In this document: piece by piece, positions 1-9,570 of the stretch | Layout: each line of letters opens with the position of its first letter | How positions within the stretch are numbered: the stretch's first letter is position 1 | Virus record (IMG/VR): IMGVR_UViG_3300014325_000011 | Span: 51,126-115,125 of that record | Length of the DNA: 64,000 nucleotides | Source of the DNA: a virus | Direction: 5' to 3' (one strand) | Notes under the pieces: generated by a model | Told to the model about the DNA's origin: nothing | Seen by the model: the letters and a program-made list of their open reading frames with translations, nothing else | The model's database searches: none | Program-made: the position numbers and the translations under genes

Positions 1-1910
1 ATCCACGACAGATCCCCGAAGGGCGCCGTGGTCGCGATCTCCATCGTCGTCCCGGCGGACACCGGTGAGGTGTAGGACAAGACGGCGCCGGTCATCGACC
101 CGGTGATCGACGAATAGCGGCTGCCAGGTGAGACGGTGGGTGCGCCGGAGCCCGACAGGTCGGCGTAGATCGCCCACAGTTGGGAGCCGGTGCGGGTGCA
201 GGTCATCGACTGGGCCATGAGCGACGACGGACCCGACGGGGTGCCACCCCCACCGCCGGTACCTGTGCCGGTGGTTGCCTGCGGACCGGCGAGCAGGGTC
301 GGAACGGTGACTCCGGAGAATCCGCCGACGACCGTGTTCCCGGAGATCGTGTTGTTTCCCGAGCCGCCGGACCAGTTACCGGTGATCTGCGCGGGGGCAA
401 CGTCTAGATGGTTACCGATGACAGAGTTGTTCTTCGACCGGTTGGCGTCGGCCCGGTCGCCACCCGTCTGATCCATGTAGATGATGACCGAGTTGCCGCC
501 GTTGTTCCAGATGAAGTTGTTCTGCACGGTGTCGTGGTTACTGGACTGGATGGCGATTCCGCATCTGCGGAAGCCGTCAAGGCCGCTGCCGTACGCATTG
601 CCGACGATCAGGTTATTCTTGAAGACGTTGTTTCCGCCGGTTTCGTCGCAGATGCCACCCGAATAGTTCGAGTAGATGATGTTACTATCGTAGACGTTCC
701 CGAACGCCGGATAGTTCCCAGTCCTGTCGGCCAGGTTGATACCGCAGGAGACATCCTGCCAGACACCGTGGCCGCCAATGCCACCGTAAGACCCGCCGTT
801 TCCATTGCCCTTGTGGATCAGATTGCCGATCCACGTGGCACCGGTCTGCAACGCCATTTTGACGTTCGAGTCGTCCGCGCCCGAATCGTAATAATTATTC
901 TGGCCGGGGGTCAGGTTGAAAAAGAACTGGTTGTACCGGATGATCGAGCCCTGCTCGCCGTCACCGATAGCCTTGCCACCGTTGTGATGCAGCGTGCAGT
1001 TCTCCAGGATGAAGTTCGGCCCGAGCTGAATGCCAATGTAACAGTTGGTGATCTCGCAGTTGGCCACATGCCAACCGCTGGCGGTCTGGTTCTCCGAGAA
1101 ACACGAGTCGATCGCACCGCGCTGCGAGGTGTTCGGACCCACATCGCGCAACGTCAGATTGAAAATGCCAATGTTCGTGGTGGCCGAGCTTCCCCGGTGA
1201 ATCTGAATGTTCGACAGGATCGTTTTACCGGCGCCCTGGCCGTAGAACTGCTGACCTGGGTTAGGAACGATCGTGTAGCCGCCGCTGTAGGTTCCAGCGT
1301 CGAGGACGAACACAGTCCCCGCGCCGTGGCTCGACGCGGCCGACGCGATATTCGATCCGAGCGGAATACGCACCGCACCCGACGGGATCGGCAGCGCCGA
1401 TGGCATGATGACCGAGTTCGGGTAGGCGGTCGTGTCATTGACGTTCGTCGACCCGCCGTAGTAGTTGCCGGTGCTGCTACTTCCGCCGCCCGACGAGCCG
1501 CTGGAGCCCGACCCCGAACCGGACGATGGGTTCCCAACACCAGTCACATGCTGCGGGAACGTCGCCGCCAGATCAGCGCCTGTAAACACCAGCACTTGGA
1601 CAAACTTCGCACGACTGTTATCGGACGCGCCGACAACTGTCACCGTCCGCGGCGCCGCCGCCGTCGCGATCGTCGCCCAAAAATCGACCTCGGCGGTTGT
1701 CGACGTCGGCGCCCGCCAATCCCAGCGGGGCCAGTCCAACCTGCCCGAGTCGAACGCGAACGCGCCAACCGTGGTCCCATCGGCGCGGGGCGCCATCGCC
1801 GCGAGAATGACGATGACCGACCCGGCGGGGGCCGTGAACGAAGCTGTCGTCGCGTTGCCGGTGGCGACGTAGACCGCGGGCGGGGACGACGGGTCGACAG
1901 CGAGAGTCAT
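1..1910 (-). CDS. Minor tail protein with internal right-handed parallel beta-helix (pectin-lyase-like) domain; partial, runs off the left edge
   Basis: Not in the ORF track because there is no stop in the window. Manual translation from ATG 1910 (GGGAG RBS): MTLAVDPSSPPAVYVATGNATTASFTAPAGS... then Asn-ladder repeats (ENCTLHHNGG, IRYNQFFFN, DSNIIYSNYSGG, KNNLIVGN, QNNFIWNNGG). Directly follows the tape measure gene. Confidence 0.8.
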   Translation of the reverse strand, partial: MTLAVDPSSPPAVYVATGNATTASFTAPAGSVIVILAAMAPRADGTTVGAFAFDSGRLDWPRWDWRAPTSTTAEVDFWATIATAAAPRTVTVVGASDNSRAKFVQVLVFTGADLAATFPQHVTGVGNPSSGSGSGSSGSSGGGSSSTGNYYGGSTNVNDTTAYPNSVIMPSALPIPSGAVRIPLGSNIASAASSHGAGTVFVLDAGTYSGGYTIVPNPGQQFYGQGAGKTILSNIQIHRGSSATTNIGIFNLTLRDVGPNTSQRGAIDSCFSENQTASGWHVANCEITNCYIGIQLGPNFILENCTLHHNGGKAIGDGEQGSIIRYNQFFFNLTPGQNNYYDSGADDSNVKMALQTGATWIGNLIHKGNGNGGSYGGIGGHGVWQDVSCGINLADRTGNYPAFGNVYDSNIIYSNYSGGICDETGGNNVFKNNLIVGNAYGSGLDGFRRCGIAIQSSNHDTVQNNFIWNNGGNSVIIYMDQTGGDRADANRSKNNSVIGNHLDVAPAQITGNWSGGSGNNTISGNTVVGGFSGVTVPTLLAGPQATTGTGTGGGGGTPSGPSSLMAQSMTCTRTGSQLWAIYADLSGSGAPTVSPGSRYSSITGSMTGAVLSYTSPVSAGTTMEIATTAPFGDLSW

Positions 1911-1942
1911 CACATCTCCCGCTGTCGACGCCGACGTTCAGA

Positions 1943-4900
1943 TCAGACCCCGGCGATACGGGCCAGACCGTTGCTGGGGTTCCGCCGGTTGTACCGGAGG
2001 GATTGCTTCTGGGTGGACTTGAAAACCTTCTGGCCGTCGATGACGACATCGGACGCCTGCACCGTCAGGTTGATCGTGATGCCGCCTCCGCCGCCCGACG
2101 GCTGCATCCCCACCCAGCCGCCGCCAGCCTTCCCGCCGGCCAGAATCGACTTGGTCTCGTTGGCCGGGTGGATGTAGGCCGGTGCGCCGAACACGGCCAG
2201 CTCCGGGCCACGCTCACCGACGAGCACCGCCTGGCCGACGGGCGGGGAACCACCCTCGGCAAACGGGGCAATCTTGTTCAGGGTGCCGACGAACCCGCCG
2301 ACCGCCTTGGCGACACCACCGATACCTCCGGTGATGGTGCTGATCGCATGACCGATCGAGTCGAAGATCGGTTTGAGGACGCCCCAGATCGTGGTAACTG
2401 TGGTCTTGATCCCACCCCAGATCGTGTCCCAGGTGATTTTGAGGGCGCGGAGCGCGGCACCGATCGCCGTGTCAAGCGCCCCGCCAATCGCGTTGAACGT
2501 CGGCGACAGGAACGACGTCCACACCGTGGACACGGCAGTGTGGATCGCCCCCCAGATCGTGTTCCACGTGGTCTGCAAAGCACGCAGCCCAAACCCGATC
2601 ACAGCGTCGAACGCCGAAGCGATCGCATGGAACGTTGGCGACAGGAAACCATTCCAGATCGCGGAGAGGGCTGTTTGAATAGCACCCCACACGGCGTTCC
2701 ATGTCGCCTGGAGCAGACGCAGCCCGAATCCGATGACCGCGTCGAACGCTGTTGCGATCGCGTGGAACGTGGGCAGCAGCACCGAGTTCCACACAAACGA
2801 CACGGCGGTGCCAAGCGCCGACCAGATCCCGTTCCAGATCGCCTGAGCTAGGCGAAGGTTACCGATGATGAACGTTTCGACGCCTGAGACAATCGCATGG
2901 AAGGCGGGCAGCAGCACCGAGTTCCACACCCAGTTGACTGCGGTTCCGAGCGCATTCCAAACGGTTCGCCAGGCAGTTTCCAGCCAGCGGATCGCCGTTC
3001 CAATCGTGCCGGTGACGACCGAGGCAACACCCTTGCCGAACGGTTCGAGCACGTTGTGCCAGAACCAGAGGACCGCCTTGCCGATCGCCCGGTAGGCGAT
3101 CTCCCAGGCGAGCACCTGCAACCGGATCGGCAGCAGCAGAAGGTTGATCGCCTTCGCGATGGCCTTGAGGATCGGCTCCAGGAAATGCCAGGTGGCGAGC
3201 GCTGCTGTTCTGATCGCACCCCACGTGACCCGGGCCGCGGTCGTCAAAGCGCCTGTGACGGCCCGCCAGGCGGTTTCAACCCCACCGACGGTCGCCCGAA
3301 ATGCTGAGACGAACGGGCGAGCGACGGCCGACAGGAACGAGATTGTCGCCCGCCACGCTGTCGACAGTGCCGATCCGACCGCATGCCAGGCGGTGACGAT
3401 CCCACCCCACGCCGCCTTGAGGCCGCCGATCATGCCGTTCCAGCCGGCGACGAAAAACCCGGAGACGGCATGCCACGCGGTCACCAGCGCGCCGAGGGTC
3501 GCCGACCAGGCGATTTTGAGTGCGTCCCAGACCGCGAGCGCGGCGGTTTTCATCGCACCCCAGACGGTCGACCAGTGCTTGACGAGTTCGTAGATGGCGA
3601 AACCGAGCAGCGCCAGAGCCGCGACGATGAGAATCACAATCGCTGTGATCGGTGCGGCGGCGACCTCTGCGCCGACCAAGGCAATCCCGAGCGCAACAAC
3701 AGCCTCAATCACACCGTAGATCCACATGGCGACGGAAAGTGCCATAAGGGCCGCGAACGCTATGACGATGCCCTTTGTCAGGTTCTGATGGCTCGCGAAA
3801 AACTTGGCGATCGCTTCTAGCTTCGGAATCAGCCAGTTGCCAAGCTGGATCATCAGCGCCTTGGCGGACATCTCCAGTTGCTTCAACTGCTGGGAAAACG
3901 AGTTCGCCTGCGTGGACGCGAACGCCTTGTTGATGTCGCCGGTCGCGGAGCCGGCAGCCTTGACCTTCTCCGTGTAGACCCCGTAGGCGCCGATCATGTC
4001 GGAGATCGAGTTGCCGCCCTTGGTCCCGAACATGCTGGTCAGGGCGATCTGCTTCTTCAGATCGGCTTCCTTGCCCGAGCCGTACAGCTTGTCGAGCGAC
4101 ATCTTGATGTCACCGATAGCCTTCGGCAGGCCGCCTGTCGTAATGTCTTTCGACAGCTTGTCTACGGACAGGCCCATCTCGTTGAAGTATTTCGGTGCCG
4201 TCGCCGCGGGATGCAGCAGATACTTCATAGTGTTCGTCATCGCCGTGCCGGCAGCGGCGCCGCGAAGGTTCATGTCACCGAACAGGGCGAGAGACGCCGT
4301 CACATCGGTGATCGACAGGCCATAGTTCTTCCAGATCACGACGTTGCCCTTGCCGAAGGCGTCGGACATGTCCTGCATGGACATGTCACCTTCACCGACA
4401 GCAGCAACGAGCTGACCGGCCGCCTTGGAAAGGTTTTCCATCCCGGGCAGGCCGGAGACCATCGCCGCGTCGAGGGCGTTGGTTACGTCGACCAGGTTCG
4501 CCCCGGAGACCGCGGCGGCCTTACCGGCGATCGTCAGGACATCCATCGCCTTCGGGGCGCTGGTCCCCATCGACTTCGTGGCGGCCTCGACGTGGAGCAG
4601 CGCTTCGGCAAGCGAATCCGGGTCTTGGCCGATTTTGCCGGCCAGGGCGAGCACTTGGCCTTTGAGTGCGTTGACCTGCGGCATGGTCATGCCCAACTGG
4701 GAGTTGAGCTTGACCATCTCCTTGTCAAAGTCGGCGGCCATTTTGACCGACTCGGCTCCGACGGCGATGAATGCGACGGCGGACGCTTTGCCGAAGGCGG
4801 TGACGGCTTTGCCCATGGAGGCGACGGCCTTCTCACGGGACGCGGCAATCTTCGCGTCCGCGGCGGCCTGCGCGGCTACTTGGGCGTCGAGGGCGGCCTT

Positions 4901-5200
4901 CCACTCGATCGTGCCTACGGTGGCCGCCCGAGTCTGGGCAACCTGCATCGCCAGCGCGTTGCGGTCTGCGGCAACAGCCTGCTTCGCCCATTCGGCGTCC
5001 CACGCTGCACCCCACTTCGCGGCACCCTCAGCTCCGGACAGGGCCATAGCGTCGCTGGCGGCTTTAACCGCTGCGGCGCTCGACTCGGCCATCTCCTTGA
5101 CGGACGCGCCGGCCTCTTTCATGCCAACGGCGAACTCGGCCGCATTGTTGACCAGCTCGATCATGACCGGGGGCAGAAGGCCCCTCACGGGAGACCCCAT
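1943..5200 (-). CDS. Tape measure protein (TP901-like core)
   Basis: 1085 aa, Ala-rich. Has a SVKMAADFDKEM core, a hydrophobic segment, Trp-periodic repeats (VWNSVLLPTFHAIA...) and the C-terminal FAEGG...LVGERGPEL motif. Lies downstream of the tail chaperones. Confidence 0.95.
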   Translation of the reverse strand: MGSPVRGLLPPVMIELVNNAAEFAVGMKEAGASVKEMAESSAAAVKAASDAMALSGAEGAAKWGAAWDAEWAKQAVAADRNALAMQVAQTRAATVGTIEWKAALDAQVAAQAAADAKIAASREKAVASMGKAVTAFGKASAVAFIAVGAESVKMAADFDKEMVKLNSQLGMTMPQVNALKGQVLALAGKIGQDPDSLAEALLHVEAATKSMGTSAPKAMDVLTIAGKAAAVSGANLVDVTNALDAAMVSGLPGMENLSKAAGQLVAAVGEGDMSMQDMSDAFGKGNVVIWKNYGLSITDVTASLALFGDMNLRGAAAGTAMTNTMKYLLHPAATAPKYFNEMGLSVDKLSKDITTGGLPKAIGDIKMSLDKLYGSGKEADLKKQIALTSMFGTKGGNSISDMIGAYGVYTEKVKAAGSATGDINKAFASTQANSFSQQLKQLEMSAKALMIQLGNWLIPKLEAIAKFFASHQNLTKGIVIAFAALMALSVAMWIYGVIEAVVALGIALVGAEVAAAPITAIVILIVAALALLGFAIYELVKHWSTVWGAMKTAALAVWDALKIAWSATLGALVTAWHAVSGFFVAGWNGMIGGLKAAWGGIVTAWHAVGSALSTAWRATISFLSAVARPFVSAFRATVGGVETAWRAVTGALTTAARVTWGAIRTAALATWHFLEPILKAIAKAINLLLLPIRLQVLAWEIAYRAIGKAVLWFWHNVLEPFGKGVASVVTGTIGTAIRWLETAWRTVWNALGTAVNWVWNSVLLPAFHAIVSGVETFIIGNLRLAQAIWNGIWSALGTAVSFVWNSVLLPTFHAIATAFDAVIGFGLRLLQATWNAVWGAIQTALSAIWNGFLSPTFHAIASAFDAVIGFGLRALQTTWNTIWGAIHTAVSTVWTSFLSPTFNAIGGALDTAIGAALRALKITWDTIWGGIKTTVTTIWGVLKPIFDSIGHAISTITGGIGGVAKAVGGFVGTLNKIAPFAEGGSPPVGQAVLVGERGPELAVFGAPAYIHPANETKSILAGGKAGGGWVGMQPSGGGGGITINLTVQASDVVIDGQKVFKSTQKQSLRYNRRNPSNGLARIAGV

Positions 5201-5218
5201 GGGGACCTCCCGGGACGT

Positions 5219-5647
5219 TCAGAATCCGAGCGTTCGCCGTATCGCGGTCAGCGCGGCGGTCTGCATTTCGCCGTACGCCGTGTTGTAAGCCGGCTGCACG
5301 TAAGGCCGAGGTGGCAGTGTTGTGCGATGGTGCCGCCCGGTGGCCCCACCCAGTTCTTGGATGCGGGCGTAGACGACTGACGGGCCAACGGCCACATATC
5401 CGGGGCGGGTTTCGACCATCACGGAGCGGCGAAGGGTGCCGCTGATGACCGCTGGTGGCGCGTCGGGCGGGGATGGGGTGGGTGTGCCTCTGCGATGGGA
5501 GTAGATCGACAACTGGCGTTTGATCGACGCCTCGGCTACCGCCGCGCCAGCTTTCGCGCCTGCCATCGCGGCAAGGTCGGCCTTGGCGCCGAGCGCGTTC
5601 AGTCCGGCGAGCAACGCCTCCACGTCGACCCGGAGGGCCATCACCAT
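5219..5647 (-). CDS. HK97 gp10-like tail completion/neck protein
   Basis: SGTLRRSV...VGPSVVYARIQELGG...LPPRPYVQPA motif. Confidence 0.8.
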   Translation of the reverse strand: MVMALRVDVEALLAGLNALGAKADLAAMAGAKAGAAVAEASIKRQLSIYSHRRGTPTPSPPDAPPAVISGTLRRSVMVETRPGYVAVGPSVVYARIQELGGATGRHHRTTLPPRPYVQPAYNTAYGEMQTAALTAIRRTLGF

Positions 5648-5914
5648 CAGCGCGACCTCGCGTCCATCTCGGCGCGGCGCACATCCCGGTCGTGTTTACG
5701 CTGCCGGCCTTCGTCGATCGCTCGCATCATCAGCGGCCAGTCGTCGACCAGCGGCAGCGGAAGCGCATCAACCTGGTCTGGCGTCCACTGCCAGCGTTCC
5801 GCGTACCAGGAGTAGAGCTGGGCGTCGTCGATCCAGTCGGGTAGCGGCGCCTGGTTGGGTCGGAGTTCTTCGCCCTCGGCGAGTTGGCTCAGTCGCGCGA
5901 GGGCACGGAAGGGG
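5647..5914 (-). CDS. Tail assembly chaperone frameshift extension (gpT-like, -1 frame)
   Basis: Overlapping -1 frame reads FRALARLSQLAEG...YSWYAERWQWTPDQVDALP. No good start of its own; candidate slip site CCCCTTCC at 5907-5914. Confidence 0.7.
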
Positions 5915-6326
5915 ACTGCGGGTCCATGCTCGGCTTGGTGTCCCGCCGTCCGTTGATCTTGTCGAGGACGGGCTTCAACTCGTCTTCCAAGACGTCGATG
6001 ATGTCCAGGTCGATGGCAGCAAGCGCCTCGTCGTCGAGATCGAGGGGGATCGGAACCGGCTCGCCGCTCTCCGGGTCCTTCAGCGACCAGGCGACGACCC
6101 AATGCCGGAGCAACGCATCGAACGACGCGACCGACGCCGCCCCGACATTGGTGACCTTGCCGTCATCGTCGAGTTCCACAACGCTGAACGACGCGACCCG
6201 CAGATCATCCCGGTCGCCCTTCGTGACCCGCTTGGGGTTGCGGATCTCGGCCCACTGGCCGGTGCCATAGTCCTCGGTGGCTGGCAGGTCGACGCGCACG
6301 GTCTGCGCGCGAGGGTTGTTGGACAA
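5889..6326 (-). CDS. Tail assembly chaperone (gpG-like)
   Basis: Acidic 145-aa ORF between tail tube and tape measure; VVAWSL motif. Confidence 0.8.
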   Translation of the reverse strand: MSNNPRAQTVRVDLPATEDYGTGQWAEIRNPKRVTKGDRDDLRVASFSVVELDDDGKVTNVGAASVASFDALLRHWVVAWSLKDPESGEPVPIPLDLDDEALAAIDLDIIDVLEDELKPVLDKINGRRDTKPSMDPQSPSVPSRD

Positions 6327-6355
6327 GGGAGTCTCCTGCGGTCTGCGCGGTCGAG

Positions 6356-6391
6356 CCCACCCCCGGTGCGACCGCCTGCACCGGGGGTGGG
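6356..6391. terminator. 14-bp stem-loop downstream of the tail tube gene
   Basis: CCCACCCCCGGTGC-gaccgcct-GCACCGGGGGTGGG; no U-tract, so a terminator or mRNA-stabilising hairpin. Confidence 0.55.
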
Positions 6392-6403
6392 AGAACGGGG
6401 GAT

Positions 6404-7627
6404 CTACTGGAAAGTCGAACTGGAGATCGCCGACTTGGTGACGATCGTGCAGGCCCCGAAGCCGCCGGAGGCGCCCACGTTGGTCGTGTTCCCGATCGCC
6501 GAAAAGTCGGTTTCGACGGTCGTGTAGTCCTGGCCGCGGCCGACCTTCGCACCCCGATAGGACACCGACTGCATGGCAATGTCGATGCCTACCAGCGACG
6601 CCCCGCTACCGGCTTCGAAGTTGACCGTCAGGGCCGGGTTGGTGGCGTTCAGATAGCGAAGGAACTCGGTTTCGTCCGCGGCGATGAACGTCAACTTGCC
6701 AGTGGCGGCGAGCGGCCCGAGCCACACGGCATAGGGGCCCTGAACGCCGTCAACGGTGTTCAGCACCTTCACGTCGCGTTTGAGCTGCAACTCGCCGGAC
6801 TGGACGTAGAGAACCGGGCTACCGCCGATCGACGTCACACCCCGCCACGCGGGAAGCGGCGGACTGATACCCGACCACGACGAGGTCGGCTTGGGGATGA
6901 CACCGGACGGCCAGCCGGTGAGCTTCGCCGACCAAGTCAGCAGAGCTTCCGACGACCAGGTGATCGTCAGTTCGGATACGACGCTTCCCGGGTAGGCACG
7001 GGCCTTGTTCGACGAGGCACCGGTCAGACCAGAGAAGTCCGCGATGGTCAGCGATTCGGGCTGGCCGCCGCCGTACACACCAATGTTGTTCTTGATGTTG
7101 AAGGTGTGGCTGTACGGGGCCGACCCTCCGGTGACGGCATAGTCGCCGAGCAGGGCGCCGAGAAAATAGCCGATGCTCTCCGGGTACACGTCACCGGAGG
7201 TGCTGTACTCCGAATGGATGACACCGGGAATCGCCCCGAACAGGCCCACCTCGGAGCCGCGGTAGCCCATGTCCTCAAGAATGGTCAAGTTGTCGACGGG
7301 CTCAAACGTCTTGACCGGGATGTACGCGGTCGGGGCGGCGTTCGCGGCGGTGACGACGACAAGGTTCCCGGCACTGTGCGCTGCGACGGTCGCCGCACAG
7401 GTCACCGTGGTCCCCGACACCGACGTATAGGCGACCGTCTCAACGGTTGTGCCACCAGACGTCGGATCGTAGATGGTGAGGTTGCCGGAGTTCGGCCAGT
7501 TGGTGGTGTCCGAAACCGACAGCGACGTCGCCGACTGGTTCGCGCTCGCGGTCAGGAACGCCCGGTACTTGTCGAGGGACACGCCTAGGTAGGAGAGATT
7601 GGTTGCCTGTGCCGGAGCCGCGCTCAC
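6404..7627 (-). CDS. Major tail (tube) protein with an inserted accessory beta-domain
   Basis: 407 aa. SYLGV...YIPVKTFEPVDNLTILEDMGYRGS...G.VYPESIGYFL..LLG, and ARAYPGSVVSELTIT, typical of phage tail-tube proteins. Position just before the chaperones. Confidence 0.85.
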   Translation of the reverse strand: MSAAPAQATNLSYLGVSLDKYRAFLTASANQSATSLSVSDTTNWPNSGNLTIYDPTSGGTTVETVAYTSVSGTTVTCAATVAAHSAGNLVVVTAANAAPTAYIPVKTFEPVDNLTILEDMGYRGSEVGLFGAIPGVIHSEYSTSGDVYPESIGYFLGALLGDYAVTGGSAPYSHTFNIKNNIGVYGGGQPESLTIADFSGLTGASSNKARAYPGSVVSELTITWSSEALLTWSAKLTGWPSGVIPKPTSSWSGISPPLPAWRGVTSIGGSPVLYVQSGELQLKRDVKVLNTVDGVQGPYAVWLGPLAATGKLTFIAADETEFLRYLNATNPALTVNFEAGSGASLVGIDIAMQSVSYRGAKVGRGQDYTTVETDFSAIGNTTNVGASGGFGACTIVTKSAISSSTFQ

Positions 7628-7809
7628 TTCCCACCGCCTTTCTTGGGCGTCGAGGCCGGCTCGACGGCGATGGGAGAGGTATCGGGCGCCGACCAGTGGG
7701 GGTCGGGTGGTTCGGGCCAGTCGGCTATCTCGCCGGGCTGAAACCAGCTACCCCGGTCGGAGTAGTAGCGGGCCTGCCCATCGGCCGGGGCGAACGTGAA
7801 TGCGGGCAT
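7624..7809 (-). CDS. Small virion-module hypothetical protein
   Basis: 61 aa, overlaps the tube start (GTGA). Confidence 0.55.
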   Translation of the reverse strand: MPAFTFAPADGQARYYSDRGSWFQPGEIADWPEPPDPHWSAPDTSPIAVEPASTPKKGGGK

Positions 7810-7839
7810 GCGAAAACCCCCAGCCGAAAGGCGGGTAGA

Positions 7840-8382
7840 CTATGAAATGATGAATTCGGTGACGGTCGTGATGACGGCGACTTCAACGTGAAGCCGGTTG
7901 TCTTTCAGTTCCGGCTCGCCCGGGTTGATTTCAATGTCTTCGCCGGCCTGCCAGATGACGCCGAAGTCTCGACCACCGGTTCCCCAGGTGCGGTCTGCGC
8001 GCGCTCGTTCGGCGAGTGCGTCGAGGAATGCGTCGAAGTCATCGATCGCGTCCTCAACACGCGGCTGCCGGGACCGGAAGTAGGTTTCGAGGTAGACCGT
8101 GCGGTCGATCCGCTTTTCGCCGGCTGGCGTGATGCCGTTGGTGCCGCCTCCGCCGATCGACTCTCGCTTCTCCAGGTGGTTGACGAGGTGAACCGTGCAG
8201 ACAGCGCCGGAAACCTGGCCGGGCAGGGGGCAATAGTCGTCGTCCTGTGCCTCACGCGGGCCGCTGGTCCAAAGGGTGCCCAAGAACTTGACGGGGCCAT
8301 CGCGGTACATCGACGGTCGGGAGGGTTGCGGTCTTCCCCCGAACCAGGCTGCGGTGGCGGCGCGGATTGTGGCCCGAGACAT
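7840..8382 (-). CDS. Putative tail terminator / head-tail joining protein
   Basis: 180 aa, between adaptor and tube; FDAFLDALAERARADRTWG. Confidence 0.6.
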   Translation of the reverse strand: MSRATIRAATAAWFGGRPQPSRPSMYRDGPVKFLGTLWTSGPREAQDDDYCPLPGQVSGAVCTVHLVNHLEKRESIGGGGTNGITPAGEKRIDRTVYLETYFRSRQPRVEDAIDDFDAFLDALAERARADRTWGTGGRDFGVIWQAGEDIEINPGEPELKDNRLHVEVAVITTVTEFIIS

Positions 8383-8400
8383 GACGCCTCCGGGCTGGGT

Positions 8401-9555
8401 TCAGACTGCGATCCGCTTGTACCGGTCGAGGATCATCCGTGCGGCTTTTTGGAAGACGTCCATGTCGGTGCCCACCGACTTGTCTACCGACGGCGCCCCG
8501 GTGTCCGACGACCGGCGGATGAGCACCACGGCCATCTGGCCGACCGCGGTCTTGATGTCTTCGGGCATCGCGCCGATGGAGGTACCTGCCGGGTGGGCGT
8601 AGGCCGCCGTGCCGACGAGGGGAAGGGTTGCCGGGCCGGTTGTCGGGGTCCACGAGGTGGCGACGCTGACAGCTTCTTCCGAGCCTGGGTGGTGGATGTT
8701 GAGCGTCTGGCCGGGTTGGATGCCGGTGGCGTCCTGTATGGCCAGCGTCGTGGCGGCAGCAGCCGAGGCCGCGGTGAGAATCGAGATGGGGAAGCCGGCG
8801 ATGTAGTCGTACTCAACCCACATCCGCTGGCCCGGTGGAGGTCCGCCGAACTGCAACGGTACCGTTCCACCGCCGCCCGTGAACGGGACGACGATCAGCC
8901 CATCCGCGGGCCAGTAGACGGCCGGGGTGGAGTCAGTCATCTGCCCAGGGCTGCCGTAGGCCAACCTGGACAGCGACACTGCGGGTACGGTGCCGGAGGT
9001 GTGCCGGGGCGACAGGGTGATGGTGCCGTCGCCCGCGACCCGCACCGACTGCCGCTCCGACAGCACTCGGTGCGCGCCGAGTTGCACAGCGCAGTAGTTG
9101 TCGCACCATCTGGACGCCCTCAACAAGATGTTGCCCAGCTCGGCATCGTTCGCTGCCAGCGAGCCGTTGGCGATCAGGTCGTCAACGTTGGTGCCCGTCG
9201 GCATCGCCCTGAACTCGGCGATCGTCACATAGGAGCCGGGCCAGCCGAACACCTGCCCGGAATCGGCATACGCACCCGACGGCAGGGCGGTGAACTCGCC
9301 GTCGAGGCCGCCGTTCGGTGCGGTTGCCCTGTACCAGTAGGCATACCGGCCCTCGTTCGGCGGCGTGTACACATACTCGTACGAGCCGACGCCCAACCGG
9401 GTCAGATCGACCAGGTTGGCGGTGACGGTCGACCCGTCGGGCAGCCTGATCGTCAGCGACAGCGTTTCCGGATCGACCGGCGTACCGCTGACCGGGTCGA
9501 CAAGCTGGCAGGGCAGACGAACAGCCTGCCCCGCCGCGTAGGGGGTCGTCGACAT
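8401..9555 (-). CDS. Head-tail adaptor with N-terminal Ig-like domain and an inserted beta-domain
   Basis: YVTIAEFRAMP...ILLRASRWCDNYC...YDYIAGF...MPEDIKTAV...ARMILDRYKR adaptor signature. N-terminus has an Ig-like LTIRLPDG...GSYEYVY...GRYAY segment. Confidence 0.75.
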   Translation of the reverse strand: MSTTPYAAGQAVRLPCQLVDPVSGTPVDPETLSLTIRLPDGSTVTANLVDLTRLGVGSYEYVYTPPNEGRYAYWYRATAPNGGLDGEFTALPSGAYADSGQVFGWPGSYVTIAEFRAMPTGTNVDDLIANGSLAANDAELGNILLRASRWCDNYCAVQLGAHRVLSERQSVRVAGDGTITLSPRHTSGTVPAVSLSRLAYGSPGQMTDSTPAVYWPADGLIVVPFTGGGGTVPLQFGGPPPGQRMWVEYDYIAGFPISILTAASAAAATTLAIQDATGIQPGQTLNIHHPGSEEAVSVATSWTPTTGPATLPLVGTAAYAHPAGTSIGAMPEDIKTAVGQMAVVLIRRSSDTGAPSVDKSVGTDMDVFQKAARMILDRYKRIAV

Positions 9556-9570
9556 GACACCCCCACAGGG

